Shown here in pieces: positions 30,734 through 39,746 of a stretch of DNA of 64,000 bases. Below the pieces are notes generated by a model. It saw nothing but the letters and a program-made list of their open reading frames with translations, was not told the origin of the DNA and searched no databases. Origin of the DNA: an uncultured Desulfobacteraceae bacterium (GTDB lineage Bacteria; Desulfobacterota; Desulfobacteria; Desulfobacterales; JALSRD01); the NCBI GenBank assembly GCA_964476595.1, contig CAYZCL010000053.1, positions 40,690 to 104,689 on the forward strand. Direction: 5' to 3'. A program made the translations under genes and the position numbers. Numbering within the stretch: position 1 is the first letter of the stretch; every line of letters starts with the position of its first letter.

Positions 30734-31408
30734 ATGGCCGTAAAACTCTTCAAGGGCAGGGATGTTTCCCGCTACCGGCCCTTCTTCCGGCTGGCCCACC
30801 GCTTGATCCTGCTGCACTGCGCCACCTTCCGCGTCACGGTGGTCAACGAGCGCAGCTGGCTGGACCTTTACGAGGCCGGCCGCCGGGTGCTGCTGTGCAG
30901 CTGGCACCAGCAGTTCTTTTCGAGCATGGGCTATTTCAACCGTTATCGTTTCGCGCATCCGGCCATCATGATCAGCCGCAGCCGGGACGGTGACATGGTT
31001 TCCCAAGTGGCCGAGCTGGCCGGGTGGCACCCGGTGCGCGGGTCTTCCTCCCGCGGCGGGTTCACGGCCCTCAAGGAGATGATCAAACATTTGCGCCGAC
31101 ACCGGCTGGCCGGCCATATCCTGGACGGTCCCCAGGGGCCCGCCGGTCATATCAAGCCGGGCATCGTCATGATGGCCCTGGCGGCCGGCGCCGTGATCGT
31201 TCCCGGCTACATGGAGGTGGACCGCTACTGGCAGCTTTCCAGCTGGGACCGCTTCGTGATTCCCAAGCCCTTCGCCCGGGTGCGTTTCGTCTTCTGCGAA
31301 CCGTTTTACCCCGAAAAGAAAAGGGACCTCGAGGCGCAGCGCAGGGACCTGGAGGCGATTCTGCGGCCCCACCTGATCTGGCCGTCCGGGGAGGCGCTGC
31401 CTTTCTGA
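30734..31408 (+). CDS. DUF374-domain lysophospholipid-acyltransferase-like protein
   Basis: [15 protein letters not shown] and VRGSSSRGG segments typical of DUF374. Confidence 0.6.
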   Translation: MAVKLFKGRDVSRYRPFFRLAHRLILLHCATFRVTVVNERSWLDLYEAGRRVLLCSWHQQFFSSMGYFNRYRFAHPAIMISRSRDGDMVSQVAELAGWHPVRGSSSRGGFTALKEMIKHLRRHRLAGHILDGPQGPAGHIKPGIVMMALAAGAVIVPGYMEVDRYWQLSSWDRFVIPKPFARVRFVFCEPFYPEKKRDLEAQRRDLEAILRPHLIWPSGEALPF

Positions 31409-31441
31409 CCGTTTACGACGTTGCGAGGTGACACGCACATC

Positions 31442-32803
31442 ATGGCCACAACCGACAGCCACTCGGCCGCACCCGCCAAAATCCCCGGCCGGATACGCCG
31501 TTTTTTCAGCCGGGAGGTCTGGCGCCTGCAGCGCAGGGACGTGTCCGGCCTGCACTGGAGACTGCTGAAGCTGCTGCGGGTGCTGCTGCTCAGCGCCCGG
31601 GGGTTCCTGCAGGACCTGTGCACCCTGCGGGCTTCGGCGCTGACCTTCTACACCCTGCTGTCCATTGTCCCCATCCTGGCGCTGGCCTTCGGCATCGCCA
31701 AAGGCTTCGGCTTCGAGCAGCGCTTGCAGGAGCAGTTGCTGCAGGAGTTTTCCGCTCAGCAGGAAGTCATGACCCGGATCTTCGGTTTCGCACGCACCCT
31801 GCTGGAAACCACCAAGGGTGGCCTGATCGCCGGCATCGGCCTGGTGGTGCTCTTCTGGTCGGTGGTCAAGGTGCTGCACAACATCGAGGAGTCCTTCAAC
31901 GTCATCTGGAAGGTGCGCCGTGCCCGCACCCTGGCACGCAAGTTCGCCGACTACCTCGCCATCATGTTCACCACCCCCGTGCTCATGCTGGTTTCCGGCA
32001 GCCTGACGGTGTTCATCACCACCCACGTCAACCAGGCCGCCGAAAACGTGGCCGTGCTGACCATGCTCAGCCCGGTGATCGGCCTGCTGCTCAAGCTGCT
32101 GAGCTACGCCCTCATCTGGATCATGTTCGCCATGCTGTACTTCATCATGCCCAACTGCCGTGTCAGCCTCTCCGGCGGGCTGCTGGCGGGCCTGCTGGCG
32201 GGTAGCCTGTTCCAGGTCGTGCAGTGGGCCTACATCAATTTCCAGGTGCTGATCGCCAAGTACAATGCCATCTACGGCGGTTTCGCGGCCCTGCCCCTGT
32301 TCCTGATCTGGCTGCACCTGAGCTGGCTGATCGTGCTCATGGGCGCGGAGTTCGCCTCGGCCTGGCAGCGCGTGGACTCCACCGATCTGCAGTGGGAAAA
32401 CACCCGGCCCAGCGCCCGCGCCCGCCGGCTGATGGCGCTGGCCATCGTCCACCTGATCGTCCGGCGTTTCGCCGACGGCCGCCCGGCGCTGACCGGCATC
32501 CAGATCGCCCGCAAACTCCAGTTGCCGGCACGCTACACCATGGACCTGCTGGAGCGCATGGTACACGGTGGGCTGCTGTCGCGGGTTCAGCTGGATGATG
32601 AAGACGAGGAGGCCTACCAGCCGGCCGCCGATATCGGCCGCTACAGCGTGCAGTACGTGCTGCAGGCCTGCGAGAACCACGGCGACCAGGACCTGCCGGC
32701 GCTGGAGCAGGAAACCTTCCGGCGGCTCTCGGAGGTGCTGGACGAGATGGAGACCGTTCTGTACACCTCGCCGGCCAACCGCCTGCTGAAAGATATCGCT
32801 TGA
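31442..32803 (+). CDS. YihY/BrkB-family membrane protein with C-terminal extension
   Basis: ASALTFYTLLSIVPILAL and YGGFAALPLFLIWLHLSWLIVLMGAEF are hallmark YihY segments. There are about 130 extra C-terminal residues. ATG 31442 is preferred over the TTG at 31421. Confidence 0.65.
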   Translation: MATTDSHSAAPAKIPGRIRRFFSREVWRLQRRDVSGLHWRLLKLLRVLLLSARGFLQDLCTLRASALTFYTLLSIVPILALAFGIAKGFGFEQRLQEQLLQEFSAQQEVMTRIFGFARTLLETTKGGLIAGIGLVVLFWSVVKVLHNIEESFNVIWKVRRARTLARKFADYLAIMFTTPVLMLVSGSLTVFITTHVNQAAENVAVLTMLSPVIGLLLKLLSYALIWIMFAMLYFIMPNCRVSLSGGLLAGLLAGSLFQVVQWAYINFQVLIAKYNAIYGGFAALPLFLIWLHLSWLIVLMGAEFASAWQRVDSTDLQWENTRPSARARRLMALAIVHLIVRRFADGRPALTGIQIARKLQLPARYTMDLLERMVHGGLLSRVQLDDEDEEAYQPAADIGRYSVQYVLQACENHGDQDLPALEQETFRRLSEVLDEMETVLYTSPANRLLKDIA

Positions 32804-33105
32804 GCCGCCGGGCGGGCGAAGCCGTCCGCTACCCGCCGTCGGCGAAGACGGCCGGGGCGAAAAGTGCGGGAGTGGTTTTACCGACGCGCTTGACAAGGCC
32901 GGTACAATGGTTTCATTTTTCAGCAGAGATTTGATATAGAAATCGGAGGGACATTCGCTGCCGGCCTTCCCGGAAAACCGGCCGCGCGAGCAAGAAAACG
33001 CAGGCGGGCCTGCCGCGGTGCCGTGCATGCCCCAGCCCTGTTTTCTTTCGCCTGATACCCGACGGCTGAGCATGCCCGGGATATCGCCAACAAGAGAGGT
33101 GCAAG

Positions 33106-33795
33106 ATGGATCCCTATACGCACATCGTCAGCGTCATCGCCCTGACCATGGGCACGGCCTGGGCCAGCGGCCTCAACCTGTATGCGGCCATCCTGGTGCT
33201 CGGGCTGCTGGGCAGCACCGGCAACATCGTGCTTCCACCGGACCTTCAGATTCTCACCAACCCCATGGTCATTGGGGCCGCCGCCCTGATGTACGTGGTG
33301 GAGTTCTTCGCCGACAAGGTGCCGGGCGGCGACACCGGGTGGGACACCTTGCAGACTTTCGTGCGCATCCCCGGGGGCGCCCTGCTGGCCGCCGGTGCAG
33401 TGGGGCCGGTGAACCCGGCCGTAGCCGTGGTGGCCGGTATCCTGGGCGGCACGCTGGCCGCCGGGGTGCACGCCACCAAGACCGGCACGCGCATCCTGAT
33501 CAACACGTCGCCCGAACCGGTCACCAACTGGATCGTGTCCCTGGCCGAGGACGCCATGGTGGTGGTCGGGCTGTGGACGGCCCTGCACCACCCGTGGGTG
33601 TTCATCGGCCTGCTGATCGTGTTCGTGCTGATGATGATCTGGCTGCTGCCGCGCATCTGGCGGGGGGTCAAGCGCCTGTTCGCGGCCATCGGCCGTCTTT
33701 TCACCGGTTCGAAACCCCAGTCCCCGCCCATGGGGCCGGCCCCCGGCGGGCCGCCGCTCATCGAACACGGCAGCCCGCCCTCGTCCACCTCTTAA
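33106..33795 (+). CDS. DUF4126-like integral membrane protein
   Basis: Multi-TM, with an ASGLNLYA N-terminal segment and FFADKVPG. AGAGAGG RBS. Confidence 0.5.
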   Translation: MDPYTHIVSVIALTMGTAWASGLNLYAAILVLGLLGSTGNIVLPPDLQILTNPMVIGAAALMYVVEFFADKVPGGDTGWDTLQTFVRIPGGALLAAGAVGPVNPAVAVVAGILGGTLAAGVHATKTGTRILINTSPEPVTNWIVSLAEDAMVVVGLWTALHHPWVFIGLLIVFVLMMIWLLPRIWRGVKRLFAAIGRLFTGSKPQSPPMGPAPGGPPLIEHGSPPSSTS

Positions 33796-33835
33796 CGCCG
33801 CGTCGCCTGCAGCGCCGGGGGAGGATGACCGGGGC

Positions 33836-35002
33836 CTATTTGCGGGCCAGCAGTTCCAGTGCTACACGGCAGAAGGTTTCCACACCGTTGCGCATGGTGT
33901 CCTCGTTGAAGTCGAAACGGGGATTGTGGATGGGGGCGCCGCCCTCGCGGCCCACCCCCAGGCAGAAATAGCAGCCCGGCGCCCGCTCCAGGAAAAAGGA
34001 CATGTCCTCGCCGCCCATGGTGGGTTGGGGTTCGACCACATTGTCCGCACCCACCACGGCGGCAGCGCAACGGCGCACCACGGCGGCGATTTCTGGGTCG
34101 TTGATGGTGGGCGGGTACCCCGGCGAAAAAGTCAGCTCGTACTCGGCGCCCATTGCGCTGCACACGCCGCCGATGATTTGGTCCAGCCGCCGGGGCCAGG
34201 ACTGCCACACATCGCGTTCGAAGGTGCGCGTGGTGCCGCACATCTCGGCTTGCGGTGCGATGACGTTGAAGGCGCTGCCGGCGTGGAAGTTTCCCACGGT
34301 CACCACCGTGGGCGTCAGTGGGTTCATCTGGCGGCTGGCGATGCGCTGCAGGGCCCCCACCACCTGGCAGCCGATCTCCAGGGCGTCCACGCACTGGTGG
34401 GGCATGGCCCCGTGGCCGCCGCGGCCGATGATCTTCAGGTCGAAACGGTCCATGGCCGCCATGAGCGGACCGGCCTTAACACCAATGGCGCCTTCGGGCA
34501 CGTCGGGCCACACGTGGCAGCCCAGTGTGTAGTCCACGGTGGGGTTCTCCATTACGCCGGCCTCGATCATGGGCTTGGCGCCTCCCGGCCCCTCCTCGGC
34601 GGGCTGGAAAACGAACTTGACCACCCCGCAGAGCTCGTCCTCCATCTCTTTGAGGACGGCGGCTGCGCCCATCAGCATGGCCATGTGGGCGTCGTGGCCG
34701 CAGGCGTGCATGCTGCCGGGATGCTCGGAGGCGAACGGCAGCCCGGTCTCCTCGGTGACGGGCAGTGCATCCATGTCCGCGCGGATCAGCAGGCAGGGGC
34801 CGCTGCGGCCAGTGTCCAGCGTGGCCAGCACCCCGAACCGGGCGATGCCCTTCTGCAGCGGCAGGTTCAGGGTTTCGAGAAAGGCCGCCACATAGGCCGA
34901 TGTTTTTTCCTCCGTGTAGGCGGTTTCGGGGATGCGGTGCAGGTCGCGCCGAAGTTTGACGATCAGGTCCCGTTGGGCCGCCACTCGCTGTTTTAATTCC
35001 AT
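33836..35002 (-). CDS. M20D-family amidohydrolase (N-acyl-amino-acid amidohydrolase type)
   Basis: Start at ATG 35002 (GGAGA RBS). DLHRIPE, MHACGHDAH and FQPAEEG motifs. Confidence 0.8.
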   Translation of the reverse strand: MELKQRVAAQRDLIVKLRRDLHRIPETAYTEEKTSAYVAAFLETLNLPLQKGIARFGVLATLDTGRSGPCLLIRADMDALPVTEETGLPFASEHPGSMHACGHDAHMAMLMGAAAVLKEMEDELCGVVKFVFQPAEEGPGGAKPMIEAGVMENPTVDYTLGCHVWPDVPEGAIGVKAGPLMAAMDRFDLKIIGRGGHGAMPHQCVDALEIGCQVVGALQRIASRQMNPLTPTVVTVGNFHAGSAFNVIAPQAEMCGTTRTFERDVWQSWPRRLDQIIGGVCSAMGAEYELTFSPGYPPTINDPEIAAVVRRCAAAVVGADNVVEPQPTMGGEDMSFFLERAPGCYFCLGVGREGGAPIHNPRFDFNEDTMRNGVETFCRVALELLARK

Positions 35003-35424
35003 AGCTTCGGATCTCCTTCCATTGGGTGTGCGGGGGTATCGTGCCGAATAGATCGCCATACCACCCTGCGGCGCTCAATACAAGCCGGGGGCGGTCCGGC
35101 AATCCGGACAATCGCAGGCAGCGGCGGGCACCTGGGGCGACCGATGGCCTGTGTTGCCGAGTCCATCCGCACCGGGAGCCGGGCGAGAGCAACGGCTTCC
35201 GGTCAACAGGGAGTATTTCCTGCGATCGGCATGCCGGATGCCGGAGCCTCGCACGGGTTGCGGGCACCCGGGTTCGAGGGGCGCATCATGCGGTTTGCGC
35301 CCGGCCCAGGGACCGGGGTGCAAAAAAACTTGCATTGGCGCAGGCCAGCAGGTAGTTTCGGAGACGTCCTTTCCCGGGGTTTACAGCGCCCTTTGGCTGC
35401 CGTCCGATAGAGGGGAAAAGCGCC

Positions 35425-36318
35425 ATGCTCTTTCCGGTTTCCGGGGTTCAGACGCCGTTCTGGCTGCCGCCGGCGGTGGCATTCGGGATCTCTTTCTTCA
35501 CCGCCATGGGCGGGGTCAGCGGGGCCTTTCTGCTGCTGCCCTTTCAGGTCAGCGTGCTGGGCTACACGGCCCCTTCTGTTAGCGCCACCAATCAGCTCTT
35601 CAACATCGTGGCCATCCCCGGCGGGGTTTGGCGCTACATCCGGGAGGGCCGCATGCTCTGGCCCCTGACGCGGGCGGTGATCATCGGAACCCTGCCGGGC
35701 GTTTTCATCGGCGCCTGGGTGCGCATCCGCTACCTGCCGGATGCCCGCAACTTCAAGTTTTTCGTGGGGCTGGTGCTGTTCTACATCGGAACACGCCTGC
35801 TGCGCGACACGTTGCGCCCGGCAGCGCCGGACCGCGCCGGCCGCCACGCCGCCGTCCGGCATCCCCGGGTGCGGGTGACGCGCTCGTCGCCCCGGCGGGT
35901 TGAATTCATCTACGACGACCGCACCTACGGGTTTTCCCCACTGCTGGTCTACTCCATCTGTTTCCTGGTGGGGATCGCCGGCGGCATATACGGCATCGGC
36001 GGCGGGGCCATTGTGGCGCCGTTTTTCATCGCCATCGTGGGGCTGCCGGTCTACACGGTGGCCGGCGCGGCGCTGATGGGCACTTTCATCACCTCGGTGG
36101 CCGGGGTGATTTTCTACCAGGCGCTGGCCCATTGTTACCCGCACCTTTCGGTGTCGCCGGACTGGCGGCTGGGGCTGCTTTTCGGCCTGGGCGGGACGGC
36201 CGGGATCTACCTGGGGGCCCGCTGCCAGAAATTTTTTCCGGCCCGTTTCATCAAGGCCATGCTGTGCGCCTGCGTGCTATTCGTGGCCGCCAAATATATC
36301 ATCGGTTTTTTTCTGTAA
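35425..36318 (+). CDS. TauE/SafE-family (DUF81) anion exporter
   Basis: 297 aa polytopic membrane protein with the duplicated 4-TM DUF81 pattern (GGVSGAFLLLP..., GIGGGAIVAP). Confidence 0.65.
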   Translation: MLFPVSGVQTPFWLPPAVAFGISFFTAMGGVSGAFLLLPFQVSVLGYTAPSVSATNQLFNIVAIPGGVWRYIREGRMLWPLTRAVIIGTLPGVFIGAWVRIRYLPDARNFKFFVGLVLFYIGTRLLRDTLRPAAPDRAGRHAAVRHPRVRVTRSSPRRVEFIYDDRTYGFSPLLVYSICFLVGIAGGIYGIGGGAIVAPFFIAIVGLPVYTVAGAALMGTFITSVAGVIFYQALAHCYPHLSVSPDWRLGLLFGLGGTAGIYLGARCQKFFPARFIKAMLCACVLFVAAKYIIGFFL

Positions 36319-36335
36319 AGGCGAGGAGGGACACC

Positions 36336-37217
36336 ATGGAGACATCCAGCGGCGTAGCTCTGGCGCTGGGCGGCGGCGGTGCGCGCGGTCTGGCCCACAT
36401 CGGCGTGCTCAAGGTCCTGGAGGCGCAGCGCATTCCGGTGGCCTCCATCACCGGCAGCAGCATCGGCGCCCTGGTGGGGGCGGCGTACGCTGTTCACCCG
36501 GATGCCGGTTACATCGAGACGCTGGTCACCGAAATCCTGGGATCCGAGGGCCCCGAAACCCTGGGGCTGCGGCTGCTCGAAAGGATCCCCCGCCACGAGC
36601 ACACGCGCGCCGAGGGCCTGCGTCGACTGGCCGAGATCGTCGCCAAGGAAATGGTTTTCAACATGGTGCTGGTCCGCAAGGCCCTGCTGACGGAGGAGGA
36701 GCTGCGCCGGGCCGTGGCGCCTTACCTGGACGACATCGACATCACCGAGACGCGGGTGCCTTTCGCGGCCACGGCCGTGGACCTGGTGTCGGGCCGCAAG
36801 GTGACCCTGACCGAGGGCCCCCTGATCCCGGCCGTCATGGCCAGCTGCGCGGTCCCCGGCTTCATGCCGCCGGTGGCCTGGGGCGACATGCTGCTGGTGG
36901 ACGGGGGGGTTATCGACCCGGTTCCGGCCGAGGAGGCTCGGCGGGGCGGCGCACACCGGGTGGTGGGCGTGGACGTGGGGGCCTACCTGAGTTCCCCCTC
37001 CAGCTTCGACGACGGCATTGACGTGGTGCGGCGCGTCATGGACATCATGATCACGCACTTGGCGCACCCCGGCCGGCGGCAGTGCGACGTCCTCATCGAA
37101 CCGGAAGTGGACGCGTTTCACTGGACCGATTTTTCGCGTTTCGCCGAGATCATCGCCTGTGGCGAAGCCGCGGCGACGGCCGGCGCCGACCGCATTCGAG
37201 CCGTTTTTTCATTTTGA
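36336..37217 (+). CDS. Patatin-like phospholipase
   Basis: Start at ATG 36336 (GAGGAGGG RBS). GGGGARG oxyanion motif, GSSIGA (GxSxG), and the catalytic dyad Asp in VDGGV. Confidence 0.85.
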   Translation: METSSGVALALGGGGARGLAHIGVLKVLEAQRIPVASITGSSIGALVGAAYAVHPDAGYIETLVTEILGSEGPETLGLRLLERIPRHEHTRAEGLRRLAEIVAKEMVFNMVLVRKALLTEEELRRAVAPYLDDIDITETRVPFAATAVDLVSGRKVTLTEGPLIPAVMASCAVPGFMPPVAWGDMLLVDGGVIDPVPAEEARRGGAHRVVGVDVGAYLSSPSSFDDGIDVVRRVMDIMITHLAHPGRRQCDVLIEPEVDAFHWTDFSRFAEIIACGEAAATAGADRIRAVFSF

Positions 37218-37239
37218 CACACTGGGGGTAAGGGCACAG

Positions 37240-38049
37240 ATGGACTGGCTCGCGCGTTTGTCTCCGGTCACCCAGGCCCTGGCTGCCACGCTGTTTACCT
37301 GGTTCGTGACCATGCTGGGCGCAGGGCTGGTTTTCTTTTTCAAGACCATCAACCGCAAGGTGCTCGACGGCATGCTGGGATTTGCCGCCGGGGTGATGAT
37401 CGCCGCCAGCTTCTGGTCGCTGCTGGCGCCGGCCATCGAGATGGCGGCCGAATCCGGCGGTCCGGCCTGGGTGCCGGCCACGGTCGGTTTTCTGCTGGGC
37501 GGAGCCTTCCTGTGGTCGGTGGACAAGGTCCTGCCCCACCTGCACCTGGGCTTTCCCATCGAAGAGGCCGAGGGCATTCACACCCACTGGCGGCGCAGCG
37601 TACTGCTCGTACTGGCCATCACGCTGCACAACATCCCCGAAGGGTTGGCGGTGGGCGTGGCCTTCGGTGCGGTGGGCGCCGGCCTGCCGTCGGCCACCCT
37701 GGCCGGCGCCGTCGCCCTGGCGCTGGGCATCGGTATCCAGAATTTTCCGGAAGGAGCCGCCGTTTCCGTGCCCCTGCGGCGCGAAGGCATGTCGCGCATC
37801 AAGAGTTTCTGGTATGGGCAGCTCTCCGGGGCGGTGGAACCCGTGGCCGGCGTCATTGGCGCGACCGCCGTCATCCTGATGCGGCCCATTCTTCCCTATG
37901 CCTTGGCCTTTGCCGCCGGCGCCATGATTTACGTGGTCGTCGAGGAGCTGATTCCCGAATCCCAGCTGGAGAAGAACACCGATATCGCCACCGTCGGTGC
38001 CATGCTGGGATTCGCCGTCATGATGACCCTGGATGTGGCCCTGGGGTGA
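37240..38049 (+). CDS. ZIP-family divalent metal transporter (ZupT-like)
   Basis: Start at ATG 37240. [10 protein letters not shown] and QNFPEGAAV metal-binding motifs. Eight-TM pattern. Confidence 0.85.
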   Translation: MDWLARLSPVTQALAATLFTWFVTMLGAGLVFFFKTINRKVLDGMLGFAAGVMIAASFWSLLAPAIEMAAESGGPAWVPATVGFLLGGAFLWSVDKVLPHLHLGFPIEEAEGIHTHWRRSVLLVLAITLHNIPEGLAVGVAFGAVGAGLPSATLAGAVALALGIGIQNFPEGAAVSVPLRREGMSRIKSFWYGQLSGAVEPVAGVIGATAVILMRPILPYALAFAAGAMIYVVVEELIPESQLEKNTDIATVGAMLGFAVMMTLDVALG

Positions 38050-38076
38050 GAGCGGTACGCCGCCAGGGCTCCGGGG

Positions 38077-38093
38077 TGTGTAATATTTACACA
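38077..38093. repeat. Perfect 17-bp palindrome TGTGTAA-TAT-TTACACA
   Basis: 7-bp arms with a 3-nt centre, AT-rich within a GC-rich intergenic region. Lies 28 nt after the ZIP stop and 240 nt upstream of the Met-rich protein gene. Confidence 0.6.
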
Positions 38094-38243
38094 GGCGTCC
38101 CCTTCGGGGCCACCCCGGATGAGTAGATTCTGACCACTGGTTCCCGTGCCGATCCGTCCCGCCTCTGGCCGCCGGATCTTTTCGCGTGAAAATCCTCTTC
38201 GATATCAGGCTGTAAGGAGCTTTATGATTTGTTGGGTGCAGTT

Positions 38244-38259
38244 CGGCACGTTTCTTGAT
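38244..38259 (+). promoter_or_regulatory. Candidate sigma-54 promoter upstream of the Met-rich periplasmic protein gene
   Basis: CGGCACGTTTCTTGAT: GGCACG-N4-TTGA with the correct -24/-12 spacing, but the -12 element is GA rather than GC. Lies 74 nt upstream of the ATG at 38333. Confidence 0.35.
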
Positions 38260-38332
38260 CTATCTTCTTCCTGTCGACAGGCGGACCGGTGTGTCCCCGA
38301 AGGCCAATTTAACGACAGAAAGGATACGGAAA

Positions 38333-38980
38333 ATGAAAAATGGACGCAGGAAAGTGAAGATGACCCTGTTTTCGGCGGCGCTGGTGTTTTTTGTCACCGC
38401 TGTGATGACCGGCATGGCGGGTGCCCAGGGAGGTAACGGCATGATGCGCGGCGGTATGATGCAGGGCGGCATGATGGGGCCCAACGCCCGGTTGACCCCC
38501 GAAGAACGGCGGAAGGTCGCGCGGGTCAGGGCGGATTTCTGGAAAAAGACCGAAGACCTGCGCGGCGATATTTATCGCAAACGTCTGGAAATGCAGATCG
38601 AAATGAGCAGGAAATCCCCGGATGAAGCCACCGTTATGAAAATCGAGGACGAACTGCTGGCGCTTCAGGGGAAACTGGCCAGGATGCGGGTCAGGCATCA
38701 GCTGGCCCTGAAGGCCATCAATCCCCGCCTGGGCATGATGGGTCCCGGTATGATGCGCGGCGGTATGATGCAGGGCGGCATGATGGGCCGGGGCATGGGT
38801 CGACACCACGGGATGATGGGCGGTTGCATGAAAAAGAGTGGCATGATGGGCATGGGCCGGGGCGCCGGCATGATGGGTGGTGGTATGCCCGCGAATCCGG
38901 TCGGCGGTGAGGCGTCTGTGCCGGCGCCGGAGTCAACGCCTGCCGCCGGCGGAACCGGCAGCGGTGAGGCGACCCAGTAA
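38333..38980 (+). CDS. Exported Met/Gly-rich Spy/CpxP/ZraP-like periplasmic protein
   Basis: Start at ATG 38333. Signal peptide MKNGRRKVKMTLFSAALVFFVTAVMTGMAGA. Central LTPEERRKV... helical core flanked by MMRGGMMQGGMMG repeats. The C-terminus has further GMMG/HH motifs. Confidence 0.7.
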   Translation: MKNGRRKVKMTLFSAALVFFVTAVMTGMAGAQGGNGMMRGGMMQGGMMGPNARLTPEERRKVARVRADFWKKTEDLRGDIYRKRLEMQIEMSRKSPDEATVMKIEDELLALQGKLARMRVRHQLALKAINPRLGMMGPGMMRGGMMQGGMMGRGMGRHHGMMGGCMKKSGMMGMGRGAGMMGGGMPANPVGGEASVPAPESTPAAGGTGSGEATQ

Positions 38981-39039
38981 CGGCCAAAAAGCACGGTGCG
39001 GGCATCGGTCCGCATCGCTGAAACAGGGGGGAAACATAG

Positions 39040-39384
39040 ATGAGTGTAATTCTAATCCTATCCATTATTTTGTTGGTCCTGGGCGGTGCACCCGCCGCCC
39101 TGGCCCAGGGGCCCGGCGGCGGCTTCATGGGGCCGGGCATGATGGGTTCCTGGGGGATGCGCATGGGGTGGCCGGGCATGATCTTCATGTGGCTTTTCTG
39201 GGCGCTGATCATCGTCGGCCTGATCCTGCTGATTCGCTGGTTGCTGCAGTCTACCCGCGAAATTCGGCCCGCGGTTCCCGCCTCACCGGGTTCCCGGGCA
39301 CTGGACATCCTGGCGGAACGGTACGCCCGCGGCGAAATCGACAGGGAAGAGTACGAAGAGAAAAAACGGGACCTGATGCTTTGA
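39040..39384 (+). CDS. SHOCT-domain membrane protein with Met-rich N-terminal segment
   Basis: Signal/TM segment, GFMGPGMMGSWGMRMGWPGM, a second TM, and a C-terminal SHOCT motif LAERYARGEIDREEYEEKKRDL. Confidence 0.7.
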   Translation: MSVILILSIILLVLGGAPAALAQGPGGGFMGPGMMGSWGMRMGWPGMIFMWLFWALIIVGLILLIRWLLQSTREIRPAVPASPGSRALDILAERYARGEIDREEYEEKKRDLML

Positions 39385-39486
39385 TAAACAAGTCGTCAGG
39401 TGCCGGCGGTCGGCAAGCGGGGAAAAAGGCGCAGATCACGTGCCATCCCGCTTGACACGCCCACTAGAATGATTTCATCTTTAGAT

Positions 39487-39521
39487 TGAAACCTGAAACC
39501 TGAAACCTGAAACCTGAAACC
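39487..39521 (+). repeat. Five perfect tandem copies of the heptamer TGAAACC
   Basis: 35 bp, (TGAAACC)x5 followed by a partial TG. It ends 18 nt before the copZ-like ATG and directly abuts the AAAGGA RBS. Confidence 0.95.
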
Positions 39522-39539
39522 TGCACAAAGGAAAAAATC

Positions 39540-39746
39540 ATGGCCAACAAGGAGACATTTTCCATACCCAATATTTCCTGTGGACACTGCACCCTGTCCA
39601 TCCGCAACGAACTGGGTGAACTGCCCGGCGTTTCCAGGGTGGAGGGCGACGTGGAGGCCAAGACCGTTACTGTAGAGTGGGACGAACCGGCCAGCCGCGA
39701 GAAGATTCTCGAAACCCTGAAGGAGATCAATTACCCGGCCGCCTGA
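39540..39746 (+). CDS. copZ: Heavy-metal-associated (HMA) domain metallochaperone, CopZ-like
   Basis: 68 aa with a ferredoxin-like HMA pattern and a CGHC metal-binding motif (NISCGHCTLSI). The 3' end overlaps the convergent ABC ATPase gene by 16 nt. Confidence 0.75.
   Translation: MANKETFSIPNISCGHCTLSIRNELGELPGVSRVEGDVEAKTVTVEWDEPASREKILETLKEINYPAA

Noticed and set aside
35271-35280. GGTTCGAGG T-loop-like sequence in the 420-bp gap upstream of the TauE gene (possible tRNA). A similar TTCGATCC occurs at about 12751.
   Set aside because: No complementary T-stem, acceptor stem or anticodon arm could be folded around either site.
39452-39470. TTGACA ... TAGAAT read as an ordinary sigma-70 -35/-10 pair (and likewise at 32890..32908)
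   Set aside because: The spacer is only 7 nt against the required 16-18 nt. The pattern is kept as a shared motif of unknown function rather than annotated as a promoter.
39487-39521. The tandem repeat considered as a CRISPR array or mobile-element end
   Set aside because: The units are only 7 bp, contiguous and without spacers. There are no cas genes, transposase or flanking inverted repeats. It is reported as a simple heptamer tract instead.
39731-39746. 16-nt convergent overlap between the copZ-like gene and the ABC ATPase gene, considered as a possible antisense-regulatory arrangement
   Set aside because: Short 3'-3' overlaps are common in compact genomes (also at 5946..5949 and 8482..8504 here). 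There is no additional evidence for regulation.
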